Part shown: piece after piece, positions 26,751 through 40,553 of the stretch
How positions within the stretch are numbered: position 1 is the stretch's first letter
Layout of the letters: each line of letters opens with the position of its first letter
Origin: Eledone cirrhosa
Lineage: Eukaryota
DNA length: 64,000 bases
Direction: 5' to 3'
NCBI GenBank assembly: GCA_964016885.1
Contig: OZ024747.1
Location: 48,856,001 to 48,920,000, forward strand
The notes under the pieces: model-generated
What the model was told of the DNA's origin: nothing
Databases searched by the model: none
Seen by the model: only the letters and a program-made list of their open reading frames with translations
Position numbers and translations under genes: made by a program

Positions 26751-29700
26751 GATTTCTTTATTAACCACAAGGGTTTACATAAAGTAGACATTAAGGACAG
26801 TGCAGGACAATGCAGGACGGTACTAATGGGCATTTCTGCGTGTAAAAAACAAAAACAGAGGATGTAACAAAAAAATAACAATGAAAAATTCCCCAATAGG
26901 GGGGAGACTTCGGAGGGACATTAGTGGAGAAAGCCCAGTAAAAGGCCACAGTGGCCCTGACCACCAAGGTAAGTGCCCTCTCCCAGTTTTCCACCTTTAA
27001 TTTACATATACGTACTCAGAGTAGGCCCATTCACTCGGGCCATTCTTGCTTCTCTCACTCATCTTTCAACAAAATGCTGGGAAGAGAGCACTTCCCTCTC
27101 TACTCTGATTTTCCTTTTCAAATGAAATTTGAAAAAGTCAATCAGGGCATCAACGAAGAGGTAAGTGCTCGTCTTCAGCCCTTTCAAACGTGTCCACCAT
27201 ACTATCTCTTTCGCCATGGCCACCAGACAGATAAAAACTGCCTGCCCTTCCCGGCTAAAGGAAGAGGGCGGGGAAATCCTCACGATGGACTCAGCTGATA
27301 GCTGGATCCGTCCTACACGCGACAGCAGGTGTTCGACGTAAACCCACAAGTCAGCAATACTCGGACACTGGACGAGTGCGTGCAGGACGGTTTCGTTGCC
27401 CTGCGCGTATCTCGGACATGCCCGGCTGACGGCACCTCCATGCCTGTAGAGTTTATCCCGAACTGGAAAAGCTCCTCGGTAGCACTGCCAGGCCAGGGAT
27501 TTCTGGAAGTTGTCCATAGGCCCCGGCCCGAAAGTTCTTCCGAAGAGATTGGCTAGTTGATTTTCGTCGAAGCCTAGAGTTTCCCCAAGTACGTCGTCAC
27601 TCTTCCCCTCTCCTAATCCTCTATAGAACGCCAAGGTGGAGTTTTCACCATCACATTTCCCGACTGGTCGAGCGAGGGCTGTGAGCGCCTGAAGATATTC
27701 CAGTCTCCAAGCTCTCCCTCTCGGTCTTCGCTTGACCCAGGACTGCAGCTCCGTCAAGGAGACGAGCTGGGGAAAGACACGTCTAGCAAACGGCGACTAC
27801 ACCTGATCACCGTCGAGGAAGAGGTGGAGATGTCGTAGTCTGCGCATCATCAGCCACGGCATTCCCAACCCTCCACGCAACGGGTGTTGACAGCAGATGG
27901 ACCGCCTGACCATCGGAGCGCGTCCCTTCCACAAAAAGCCAAAGAGCAAACGCTCCAGTGCAGACAGGCGAGGCTTAGGACAAGGCACGACAGTCAGGCG
28001 GTAGTAGATGGAGGATGCGATGTACGCATTCGCCACCTCCGCTCGACCTTTCAGGGATAGCTTCCTCTCCGCCCATTTCTGAGTGAGAGAAGCCACCCTG
28101 CTCGTCACCTCGTCCCAGTTTTTGTCCGTCTGGAGGTCCGCACCGAACCAGACTCCTAGCAATTTAACCGGTCCGTCCGTCCAGCGCCCGACGACGCTGT
28201 TGGACGGCATGGACCTGCCTCTCCAGGTGCTGAGCTGCAGGCCCACCGACTTTTCCTGGTTGATCATTGCTCCTGTCACCGCTTCGTATTCTCTTAGTGT
28301 GGTGCCGATCACCTCGATGTGATTTGGCGTTCGACACCACTACGGTGACATCATCCGCATATGCTGACACGGATCTTCCGCATCCTTGTTCGCGCGGGAC
28401 CCCCCTCAACGTCTCCAGTATGTGCAGTAATGGCTAGAGAGTCAATACGTACAAGAGGGACGAGAGGGGACATCCTTAGCGGACCGAGCACATGATGTTG
28501 AACGGTTCCGAAAGGTGACCGTTCACTCTCACCACAGCAGATGTCGCTGTGCATGACAGCGATCCAGCCTCTGAAGACGGGCCCAAAGCCAGCCGCCCTC
28601 AGGACTGCCGCCAGATAATGATGGTCGACCCTATCGAAAACTTTCGACTGATCTAAATTGATCAAGGACCCACCCGTGCCAGGTTCCCTAGCTACCCTCA
28701 CCAGGCATGAGGTCGAGGTTGTCGTGGATGGATCTGTCGCGAGTGGCGCATGTCTGCGCCTCTCTCACCAGACCACCAACGACAAGCGCCAACCTCTTTG
28801 CTAGCACCTTGGCCAAAATTTTGAACTCTGTGTTTAGCAGAGTTATGGGCCTGAAATTATCTGTTATCCCCCTTGTTCGGAAATTTGCCTCCCGTACTTC
28901 AGCTGCTGTTATCGGCTTTTCGCAACACTCCGCCTCAGAAGTCGAGAGCCGCGGCAGTCCGTCGAGGTAGGCACTAAAGTCAATCCCTCGATCCGGCCCG
29001 CCGCTGCCCCCGAACAGCTGAGCGAAGTGTCGCTGAAAAGCTTCACACATTTGCCCGCGATCGAGTAGCATGCGCCTGTCGTGGTCCACCAAAGACCGGA
29101 TCGTGGCTTCGTTGCCACGACGCGCCTCCGCCACTCGGGCCCATTGAACGGCTTTCGTCCCCTCGTGTCTGAAGCACGCACCCTAGCTCTGACAACGCAG
29201 CCTTCGTGCTTTGCATTGAAGAATTGTCCAAGAGCCAATTTTGCCGTAGGTACGTCGGTCGCAATGCCTTTGCTAAGCGCCTCGTCTAATTTTCTAACTA
29301 GTTCTCCCTCTGCTCTATTTTTCTCTATTGCTAAAGCCTTACTAAACATAATTGACTCTATTCTAATCGCTCTTTTCAGAGCAAACCATCATTTGTTGTT
29401 GACGATGGCCCCCGTCAACTCCCGCTTAGCTAGTTCACTAATCCGGTCTCTGTAGGCCTTGCGCGCTGTTAATAACGCGTTTAGCTTCCAGTAGCCGGGT
29501 CCCTGTCTATAAGCCTATCTAAGTCAACCTCACAGATCACGAATTTGTGGTCCGCGTAGTCGACTATTTTGAAGTGTGGACAGCCTATACTAGACCTATC
29601 TATTTCCATACAAAATACCCTATCTAGATATGATCTAGATGACCCGATACGGTTTGTCCAAGTCCACATTGGCACATTTGGGAAATCCAGACGGTAGCTG

Positions 29701-31165
29701 TCAGACAGTTGAAACCGTCTGAGCAGGTTTGCGAGGCTTTTACACCCTCCTCCCCTATCCGCTAACCACACAGTCCCAGCGTGTATCTAAGATTCCTTTC
29801 CAGTCGCCCACTAACACTAAAGAGCGGGACGTTCCAAGAAAGGTCTCCAGACGCCGGAAGAAATCAGACCGCCCTGCTCCTGTCGGGGCATAGACGGCTA
29901 CTAGCCTCAAAGCTTGCCCGTCTCCACTGTTCACGTCCAACACCACCAACTTACCTTCTCGGTCCAGCAAGATGGCCCGTATGGCGAGATCCAAACCTCT
30001 CCGAAAAATTACAGCAACTCCTCCCCCCGATCCAGGACGCCTGGGAGATGCGTGTACATTGTAACCGCCGAAGATCGGTGCGAAGGCTCGTGCTTCGGAG
30101 ATTCTGGTCTCGCTGTTGGCCACCACATCTATGTTTAGTGACCTGAGGTTGTTGAGCAGGTGGCCCTGCTTCCATGACGACCCCAGGCCACGCGCAATTA
30201 TGCTGCCTATTCCTAGTGAGGTCATATTGAAAAGGAGTGGAAAAAGATGGGAAAGACCACTTACCTCACTTCTCGTAGGGCGAGGGTGGTTTTTCCATCC
30301 TTCTCACTGCTTGTGGCCTCCTCCCGAAGGATGTCGTTATAAATTCTCCTGGAGAGTGTTTGTCGGAAGTCTCCGATGTCTTTTGGGATTTTTTGTTTTA
30401 GTGTCGTGTACGTTTTCTGTGTGATGCGAGTGATTTGTGTGTGTGGAGGTGGTGTTAATTTCGAGGGTGTTGTGTAGTCTTTTTCTGTGATGCTGGTGTT
30501 GTGTTGGATGTAGTGTAATAATTGGTTGTTGTTCAAATTTAATGCTGTGTAGTGTGTATCGTTTTGGTTGTTTGGTTTTGTTTGCGTTTGTTGTGGGTTT
30601 GTTTCTGTTTCGCTTTTTGGTGACTTTTGTGGTGTTGGGGTTATTGATGGTGATGGTGTTGGTGTTTGTGGTGATGGGGTTGGTGATGCTGGTGTGGATG
30701 GTGGCATAGCTGTCCTAACTTTTTTGTTTATTTGTTTATTTGTTTATTTGTTTCCCCCTGCATTTTGTTTTTGGAGGGGGAAGGTAGAGGATTTTTTTCT
30801 TTTTTGGGTTCTTTTTCTTTTTTTCTTTTTTCCTGATACAGTTTCCCACTCCTCGTCGTCACAGTCTGTCTCCAGTTGCGATAGGTCGGGGAGTGGAAAA
30901 TCCTCCACAGGCGTTGGTTTTGGGTGTGGCGTGGTGGATGGTGGAGGCGCTGGTGCTAATTCTGGCGCGGTGGATGGTGGTGGTGTTGGTTTTGCTACTG
31001 TTGCTGGGGTTGTTTCTGCTACAGTTGCTTCTGTTGTTACTGCTACAGTTGTTGCTGCCATTTCTGCTGCTGGTGGTGTTGATGGTTGAGTCACTGGGGT
31101 GAGTAGGCGAGGTGGCCTCAACTTTTTAGCCTGAGGGCAGAAAGCCTTTAGGTGGGTTCCTTCAA
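26751..31165 (-). mobile_element. L1/Tx1-clade LINE, degenerate: ORF1 remnant, APE endonuclease, RT and C-terminal zinc motif
   Basis: APE: ARGL, SET, VYAPT, VGDW, SYLDRVF, DH. RT: RPITLLNTEFKILAK, LDQSKVFDRVDH, SAYADDVTV. C-terminal CP..ETVLHALVQC. Pro/Thr-rich ORF1 with HLKAFCP. Many frameshifts. Confidence 0.88.
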
Positions 31166-31600
31166 TTGGTATTACAACAATGATAGTTATATATATCCTC
31201 CGCATATCCTTTGGTCTAAAGCACGAATTTATTGTTCGGCATTATTCTAGAAACTGTCATAATTGATGTAAAATGGCGTCATTTAATGGCTATTCTTTGT
31301 TTGATGGTATATGAAATGTAAATGTAAATGTATTCTCACATCCCTAGATATCAGCCCTCTGCTACAATGTTGCCACGCAACGATAAATCAATGCTCTAAT
31401 GCTGCTTTCTATATCTCTGATATCCAATATATCACAGATAATTCATTCCTACTCACTTTATTTCTTCAGTGTTTTATGTAACTATACTATACTGCCTTCC
31501 TACCTCCTGTCTTTCTCTCTATATATATATATCATGTTTAATATAGAAATGGCATCTACAGGGATAGTTTTATTCAAAACAAATCATATATATATATATA

Positions 31601-31620
31601 TTAATTCGATATCTCATTCT

Positions 31621-31654
<34 letters not shown>

Positions 31655-31675
31655 AGAATGAGATATCGATTTAAC
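31601..31675. repeat. Palindrome with a (TA)n core
   Basis: TCGATATCTCATTCTCCA-(TA)n-TGGAGAATGAGATATCGA. Confidence 0.8.
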
Positions 31676-31691
31676 ACGTTTATTATTATTC

Positions 31692-32312
31692 GTGGGGTGT
31701 TGGACAGAAAGACCGGTTAAATTACTCGTGGTCTGGTTCGGTCGGGACCTCCAGATGGAGAAAAACAGGAGCGAGGTGACGAGCAGGGTGGCCTCTCTCA
31801 CCCAGAAATGGGCCGAGAGGAGGCTGTCTCTGAAAGGTCGGGCGGAGGTGGCGAATGCGTACATAGCGTCCGTCATCTGCTACCGCCTGACCGTCGCCCC
31901 TTGCCACCGCCCAAATCTGACCAAAATGGAGCGCCTTCTCTTCCGCTTTTTGTGGAAGGGACGTGCTCTCGTGGTCAGACGATCCATTTGCTGTCAACAC
32001 CCGTTGCGTGGAGGACTAGGCATGCCGTGGCTGATGATGCACAAACATGCGCTGAGGCTGCGATATCTCTGGTGCTTCCTTGACGGTGAACAGGTGTGGT
32101 CGCCGTTTGCCAGACGCGCTTTTCCCCAGCTCGTCTCCTTGACGGAGCTGCAGTCCTGGATCAGGAAAAGACCGAGGTATAGCGCTTGGAAACTGGAATG
32201 TCTCCAAGCGCTCACCACTCTCTACCAGCTGGGAACTCTGTGTTCTATAGAGGGCTAGTGGAGGGAAAGAGCGACGACGTTCTCGGGGAGACCCTGGGCG
32301 TCGAATACGATC
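31692..32312 (+). mobile_element. L1/Tx1 ORF2 fragment, diverged and inverted relative to 27590-28200
   Basis: VTSRVASLTQKWAERRLSLKGRAEVANAYIAS and HPLRGGLGMP. Confidence 0.85.
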
Positions 32313-32774
32313 AGCCATCGGAGTCCTGACTCTTTTCCTATTACCCACTCTAACACCCTAAGTATCGAGTACTGCGGCGCGTTATGGTCCACCTGGTAAC
32401 TTACCACATCTTCTTTTATAGAGAACAAGACAAACACAGACAAGAAAAGAAAATTAACAAAAATAATGGTTCTTAATTTAGGCATAAAACAGTAATTTTT
32501 TTCCTTTATGAGTAGGTGGAAATCTGTTTGTCATCGACCCTGGTTTATCGACCACGGAGGGATGAATTCTGAACCCCAGAACAACAAAAAACCGAAGAGA
32601 TATTATCTCGAAAATTAAGGATATTCAAATAAATTTAAGGTAAAAGACTAATTGTCAGCAAGATCTTTTGCATTTGTATTTATATTCTCTATCTATACCT
32701 GCATTGTTCTGGCCTTCTAACTCCAAACGTTTATACCTCACTACGCAATGCTTCAAGTAAACTACAATTTCCTC

Positions 32775-32813
<39 letters not shown>

Positions 32814-33631
32814 TACATACAAATATACACACCCACCCAACGCATGCACCACACGTGCGCACACATGGTGGTGTTGGTGGGAAACTACATGTTGGAAGTC
32901 ATCAAAATCGGAATACTTCCCGTAATGTTTCATTAAACATATCATTTCCTTGGGCTTGTTAGCAACCCCGCAAATTTACTGACAATACCAATTAGACTTA
33001 GATAAAGTGTGGTCTGGATAGTATGTTGGCTGGCTGGTTGGTTGATTAGATGATTAGTTAACTTTAAAATCGCTGTCTCTTTGGGTGGCTGGTTAGATGT
33101 TTAGTTGACTTGCTGATAGGTTACTCGGCTGGTATTTTTGGTTGTTTGGTTAGATGGTTAGTTGGTTAATTGGTTAGTTTGCTGGATGGTGTTTTTCTGG
33201 CTGGCTGGTTGTCAGATGGTTATATGACTGGCTGATTGGCTGATTAGCTGATTGGCTGGGTGACTGGTTGGCTAGGTGACTGTGTGGCTGACTGTCAGGC
33301 TGGCTGGCTGGCTGATTGATTAGTTAGTTGGTTGTTTTGGCTGGTTGGCTGTTTGGTTAGGTGCTTGTTTTGGCAGGTTGTGTGTTGGCTACTCAGTATT
33401 TGGCTGGTTAGACCAGTCATTTGCTTTCATTCTAGTTACGCTTTGTTATTGAATTCTTTTGATGATTTGATATTTTACTTATGATTTTTCTTTTTTTTTT
33501 TTGCAGAAATTAACATCAAAGAAATACGCCCACACAAGCATCATACACATATGTCAACTCATATATACACACAGGACACACACATATGCATACAACCCAT
33601 CCCCACACAGACATACATAATACATACATAC

Positions 33632-33911
33632 ATGATGGTTGCCTCCTCGTTATCGAGTATGGCCATTGTACGATATATCATTATTAATAATTATCAATTA
33701 ATGCTATTGTGCAATGCCGGTGCATGAAGATATTTTTTAAAGTGAGGAAAGACTGTGCACTGAGCTAATCCTACTCTCTGGGCGACAGTCGCTATAACCC
33801 GAAAAGAAGAAAAGATCAAAATTATCGGTAACTACTGAGTCACGGGTTTTATATCGGAGTTATGCCAGTTTCCTGAGCTGCCTTCTCCTAGAGGAATGCC
33901 CTGACAAAGGC
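33632..33911 (-). mobile_element. Family P copy, truncated
   Basis: Reverse complement of ~19840-20118. Confidence 0.7.
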
Positions 33912-34084
33912 AAAATGAGATCTAGCTATGTTTTTGTACCAGAGAGAGCAGAGAGACAGAGGGCAGGAATGATAATTTTATTTCAAATAACAGGCACAAC
34001 ATAACAACTGTGCATGCACAGCTGTTGACATCCGTATTTCGTTTCAACCACAACGCCATGACATAATTTCTTCTAACCGTAATA

Positions 34085-36256
34085 ATGACTTCTGCTAAAA
34101 AGCGCAAAATTGACCAAGTATGTCGTGTATTCCAAGAAGATTGGCTACACAAGTATTCCTTTACCATTGCCGAGAATAACGCGGTATGTTTGCTGTGACA
34201 AGAGACAATCACTGTGTTCAAAGAGTACAATTTAAAGCGACATCACCAAACAAAACATGAGGGTCTTGATCTCAACATGTCCGTTGAAGAACGGAGGAGA
34301 AAGGCATTGGATTTTGTGAGAAAACTGAACAAGCAAAACACTGTTTCCAAAATTATTGTTGCATCATGAAAGTACCGTAGAATCAGGTTTTATTGTAGCA
34401 TACAATCTTGAGAGTTTCTAAAACATTGCACGATGGATTGCGCAAGCACTGTGTACCTTGAAGTGAAAGGTAAATTTGAAAGCATTTCATTATCAAGACG
34501 GACGATTGTATGACGCATTGATGTAATAAGTAACGAGTTGGCTCAACAGCAGATTGTGTGTGGTACTCTGTAGCCCTAAATGAGAGTACTGACATCCAAG
34601 ACACTGCGAAGTTACTCATCTTCATTCGTGGAGTGACTGAGAATGTTCATGTCACAGAAGAGCTCCTTTCACTAAAGCCCATCAAAAGCACAACAGATCA
34701 GGATTTGTTTGAATGTGTGGTCAATTGTGTTAATAAAAATGCTTTATCATGGGATAAGTTGGTAAGCGTGACAACAGACGATTCCCTAGCATTTACAAGA
34801 GAAAATGTGGGCATGGTGAAACTCATTGAAAATAAGATCAGAAAAGACCATGCTGTTCATGCCATGTAGTGTTTCCACTGCATTTTGCACCAAGAGAGCC
34901 TGTGTCACGCTGCACTGAACTTGAAGCATGTGGTAGATCCGATGGTAGGTGTAGTAAACTCTATTAGGGAAAGGGCAATGGATCACTGACAGTTCAAATC
35001 TCTGCCGGAAGACGTGGAGGCTGAGCATTGAGATGTACTCTTCCACAATAACGTGCGGTGGTTGAGCCTGAGCAAAGTGCTGAAGAGAGTATAGGAGTTG
35101 TGACAAGAATTGCTTCTCTTTCTGGACATGAAGGGGGTTTCTTGGGACTTTGGAACAAAAATGTCCTGTTGAGACTGGAGATATGAACTAATGTTTGGAG
35201 TTGACAATTTTGATAAACTGAATGACCTGAATGTGACATTACAACGAAAGGATCTGTTTGCTCATGATATGTACAAGTATGTCAAGTCTTTTTCAGGCAA
35301 AACTTGCTTTGTTCTCCAGGCAAGCAGGTAAAGGCAAGTTCTGCCATTTTTCTTTATTAGGGAAGGAGAAAGTGTCTGCAAACGTCTCCTCACAGATCAT
35401 GCATCAGTTGAAGAGTTTAAAGGAGTTTGAAAGAAGGTTTACAGATTTCAAAAAGATTGAGCCTGAATTCAATTTCTTAACTTTCCCTTTCACTGCTGAT
35501 GTTGATGCAGCATTTGAAGAAATGCAGCTTGAACTAATTGACATGCAAGCAGATCACTTGTTGAAAGAAATGTTTCATTCTGTGCCATTAATAGAATATT
35601 ACTAATTTCTTTCAGATGAAAAAAATCTATGTTTGAGAAGCTTTGCTGCCAGATTGTTTTCTATTTTGGTGTCAACTTACAGAGTTTTTCCTGTCTTAAA
35701 ATAAATAAGTCCAAGAACAGATCTATGATTTCAGACACAAACCTGTATGCAGTGCTGAGAGTTAACCTAGTACCAGATTTTTAAAAATTTGTAACAAATT
35801 GTTGCATTGTTTCATTAAATTGTTCGTTTTGGTATGTTTTGCGATGTACAGACACAAATTAAAAGAAAACTTTGTTTTAAGATTTTTGTATCATTTTATT
35901 TATTTATGTAAAATAATTGTTTCTACTTTTGGTACAAGGCCAGCAAATACCCAGTACATTACTGGTACTTTATTTTTTCGACCCCGCAAAGTTAACCTCG
36001 ACGGGATTTGAACTCAAACCGTAAAGGGACGTACCTATGCTAGAAAGCATGGCGTCCAACCTTCTACTGATACTGCCAATTCACCGCCCTTTATTTATGT
36101 AATATAATGATGCAGTAAATATGTTATATTTTCTAAATTCTAACTGAAGAAAATTAAGGTTACTTTCACATTATATCCAATAATAAATGGTGTGGCCCTC
36201 TGGTGTTCATGGCCTAATCAATGTGGCCCCCAGTCCAAAAGGTTTGCCCACCTCTG
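34085..36256 (+). mobile_element. hAT DNA transposon (Charlie/SPIN/Buster, GTF2IRD2-like), decayed transposase with right end
   Basis: MTSAKKRK..FQEDW..VCLL..NLKRHHQTKH (BED finger), YSVALNESTD, FHCILHQESLC and VRWLS, with many stops. Subterminal GTGGCCC and TIR-like GGTTTGCCCACCTCTG at 36241-36256. Confidence 0.85.
35918..36089 (-). mobile_element. tRNA-derived SINE family 1 (Deu/Nin-domain-like)
   Basis: A box TGGCAGTATC and B box GAGTTCAAATCCC. TSD TTTATTTATGTAA. Confidence 0.8.
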
Positions 36257-36534
36257 CTTTATGTTATTCGTTCTGGCTCTCTGCTCTCTGAGTTCAAATC
36301 CCGCCGAGGTTAACTTTGCCTTTCATCCTTTCTAGTACTGGTGTATATTCTTCCTCTATATCTCTTACTCATTTCCTCTCTCTCACTTTGTATCTTTCTT
36401 TGGAAGAAGAAATCTGCTGTACTCAGGGATGCACTCTGCCAGTCTTAAAATAAACAAGAAACACCGTGTGTCAAGACGCCCCTACGACTCTATCGGGAGT
36501 TACGGGACCATACAAAGCTACCTACCTACCTACT

Positions 36535-36570
<36 letters not shown>

Positions 36571-36721
36571 TGAAATTCTACAGGACTAGAACTGTTTCAT
36601 TCTTTAGAAATCATCATATATATGTATATATATATATCGGAAGCCTTCGTGAGCCAACCCTTTTTTTTAAGTAAAAAGAAATTCAAACACACATACACAA
36701 CACACACACACACACATGCAC

Positions 36722-36835
<114 letters not shown>

Positions 36836-37009
36836 AGCACACAAATAAACATACATATCTTTACTTTCTTTATTCAATAATAAATCTGAATTCTGACACC
36901 CCAGCGAACTAACCATATTCACTGAACCAGAACAATTCTCCCATCCCATTTCTCTTGACCATTATCTTTCACTTATCATAAAATTCTCTAAAAAGGCTAC
37001 AGAATGGAT

Positions 37010-37478
37010 TTCCAAATAAGGGCGCGAAAATTTAATGAAAACTTGTTCACGTGACAGCCATAATTTCATTTATAACCAATCAAATTACACTTATTTTTTT
37101 TAAAAAAGCCTTCGTGAGCCCCTTTTTTCAAGTAAAATGAAATTCAAACACTCATATATGAAAAAAACAACCTGTGACCCCCCCCCCCCTGTTTGAAGAA
37201 CTATTGTATCGCGAACTGGCGCGAAATTTATTATAATTATTGACCAACCAATCAAATTACTTCTCGAAAAACCTGGCATTTCGAGCCACTTTTTCCATAT
37301 AAAACAAGTAACTTTCAGAGACCAACCAGATGTGAGAAAAACCACAGACCCTCCATATAAACTCTACTTTTGAAAAGCAGAAGAACTGCGAAACCGGTAA
37401 AGGAACCAAATAAATATATATATATTTTTTTTTAAATAAGACTCCAGTTGCATTTTCGATTTCATCTTTTTTTCTCTA
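37010..37478 (+). mobile_element. Family R element with a U3-A8 hammerhead variant at 37367-37402
   Basis: Inverted paralog at 60673-61192. CTT-TTGAAAA-GCAG/CTGC-GAAA-CCGG-T-A-AAG. Ends in (TA)n. Confidence 0.7.
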
Positions 37479-37561
37479 TATACATACATATACATATATA
37501 TATATGTACATACATATACATATATACATACATATACATATATATATACGTATATATATAT

Positions 37562-37776
37562 GAAGACGTGTGGCTGAGTGGATAGAGAATTGGATTCGCA
37601 GTCTTGGGGTTGTAAGTTCGATTCCCGTACCGGGCGATACATTATGTCTTTGAGCAAGACATTTTATTTCACGTTGCTCCTTCTACCTGGAGTTGCAACC
37701 GATAGATAGTACTAGCAACTGGAAATACCGACGGAAACATTGTTTCCTCGGTCCGATTTGACGAAAGTCGATCGAT
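37562..37776 (+). mobile_element. SINE family 2 copy
   Basis: TGGCTGAGTGG, AAGTTCGATTCCC and TTGAGCAAGACATTT. Tail shared with 54874-54950. Confidence 0.7.
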
Positions 37777-38876
37777 CCTTTTATATATATAAAGATACAT
37801 TCTTGTCCACCTTGTACACCTGAGTCTTATAAGGTTGTTTTCGTCACCCTAAACATATTTAACTGGCATTCCAAAATATTTTCTGCTTGTACACATGAGT
37901 CATTTAGAACCCTAAACTGCTTTAATTGAGTTTTATTTCATAAGTAGGTAATCCACAATTTAAACGATATTAAAATACCACCATATACCAACTGCAGTTA
38001 TCTAAAGCTACGAAATTTAATCTCCCAATTGTCTATAGTAGACAAGAAGTGTTTCCTATAAATATTTCAATTTACATTATCTTGCTGTCTGTTACTACTT
38101 TATTCTCTTTACTTTAGGTACTTATAGCTCTACATAAGTCGCCCTTACTAGGGCCCTCCATTTACTTTCCTTCTCTTGTTTCTATTTTAGAACTGTGTAT
38201 TATCATCGAGAATCTACATTCTCCGACATCTTCTGATTCTTCGTTTGATACTTTAAAATTATTTAGGTTTACACTTATGACTGTGATTTTGAACTGAGGA
38301 AGATTTTATATCCAAATTGTTGATTGTAAACTCCCTCCATGCACATCTTGTAATTACTCTAAAATGTCACACCACTTATAACTATAATAGATTAGTCTAA
38401 AAAAAAAATCTAATGTCTGTCTCAATCCCAGAGGCTCATCAGGCTGGTACTTATCCTGGTTTCCGTGGCGTGAAGCAACTGAGAGTACATGACTACCCCC
38501 TGGACTGGATGCCAGTCCATCGCAAGGTCAAACCCTCAGCTTCTGTTGGTACACATTTCCAGCTAAGTATACTGGAGTAACATGAAATGAAGTGACTTGT
38601 TCAAGAACACAACACATAACCCAGTCCAGGAATCGAACCAACACCATTAATATTAGTTTGGAGGGAAATATTTTTTCCTCTAGAAGCACATTGGCGTTTT
38701 CATCCGGTGACTTGGGTCGACTAAAGCCATGTGAATGAAGTTGTGTTAAAACCTGTTGGATGTCTTCTGTAATTCAATGCGCAAGTATTGACACTCATTC
38801 CGTCTCATTGACTCCATCTGAGAATTACATTAAAGGCACACGTGTCTGTAGAATATTCAGTCATTTAAGCTATAAT

Positions 38877-39061
38877 TGTTTCTACGTTAGGCACAAGGCC
38901 AGCAATTACCCAGTGCATTACTGGTACTTTATTTTATCGACCCCGTAAGGAAGAAAGGCAAAGTCAACCTCGGCGGGATTTGAACTCAGATCGTAAAGGG
39001 ACGTAACTATGCTGGAAAGCATGGCGTCCGACCCTCTACCGATACTGCCAATCCACCGCCC
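38877..39061 (-). mobile_element. SINE family 1, full length
   Basis: GGGCGGTGGATTGGCAGTATCGG...GAGTTCAAATCCC...GCCTTTC...GGGGTCGATAAAATAAAGTACCAG...GTAGAAACA. Confidence 0.85.
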
Positions 39062-40330
39062 TTTAAGCGTTAATACAAGGTGGACTGTACCAGTAATTCA
39101 AAGGACCAGCATTGTCACACACTGTGTGATGCTGAATCTCCCTGAGAATTACGTTAAGGGTACATGCCTGTAGAATATTCAGTCATTTACGCGATAAAGC
39201 CAGGCGGACTGTACCTGAGAACTACGTTAAGGAGTACACCTTACTGCGAAATACTCAGCAACTTTCATGATAATGAATATACTGTTCAGTTGATGGAACA
39301 TTCATTGTCGAAGCCGAAAAATGTCTAATTTTCTAGACGGATAATATCTTTTATCATGCCATTATTATTTCTCACTAAGATATTAAAATTAATCCCTAAC
39401 TGTCTATAATAGAAACAACTAAATATTCCAACCGTTATGAAAAAAATATTAATATAATATATCTACATTACCTACTCAGGTATTCCTAAAATAACATTAT
39501 AATCGTGAAAAATCAATATTCTCCTTAGATATACACATAGTTATACGGTGTTTAACAACAAGGTCATTTCATTAATTATAAACAAGCAAAGATTTAAATA
39601 ATTTTTATTATCGATTTCTGCCGTCATAATAACTTGTATCATCACCAACACTCCTTACTACTCTATTGCCAGTAATCACGTATCACAACCAACAGCACTG
39701 CTTACCACTCTCTGTTATCATGTGCAGACATATATCCGCTGTCTGCCTCATTTCCTAACGTTGGCCTTTTCCTAATATAAATACTCATTCTCTATCTCTG
39801 TCATAGAATCGAATAGCTCTTAGTCGGTTTCGACGATGAGCGTTCCCGAGAAGTTAACGTATAAATGTCTGATCATTCCACAGACACGAGTATCCTTAAA
39901 ATAATTCTTAATTGTTTCTACTTTTGGCACAAGGCCATCAATTACTCAGTACATTACTGGTACTTTATTTGATCGACCCCGTAAGGATGAAAGGCAAAGA
40001 TTCAAGCTGACACTTTGAGAAAAAGATTAATCCTTTGATTTAGAGGGACAAACCATCTGAGGGGCTTCCAACGTAGCTTCCGTCTACACAGTCATAAGCT
40101 ATGGTAAATGACACTTGCCCAAGATCCTGCGCAATGGGATTGAATATGACCCAGTGATTGCGAAGCCAACTTGTTAAACATTCGGTTATACTATCCGCCT
40201 CTCGCCACAAATCTTTAATATTTTATATATTTGAGTATTTCAATTTATTTTTTAAATGTTATACGTACATATGTGTGTAAATATATATGTATTTATATAT
40301 GCATATATATGCATGTATATATGTGTGTGG

Positions 40331-40553
<223 letters not shown>

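Noticed and set aside
34085-35780. Host GTF2IRD2/EPM2AIP1-like domesticated gene
   Set aside because: Numerous stops and frameshifts and a retained TIR show a dead hAT transposon.
37735-37776. HHR in the SINE-2 tail (GTC/GAC-GAAA-GTCGATCGA)
   Set aside because: No CTGANGA-like core or stem I upstream in either copy.
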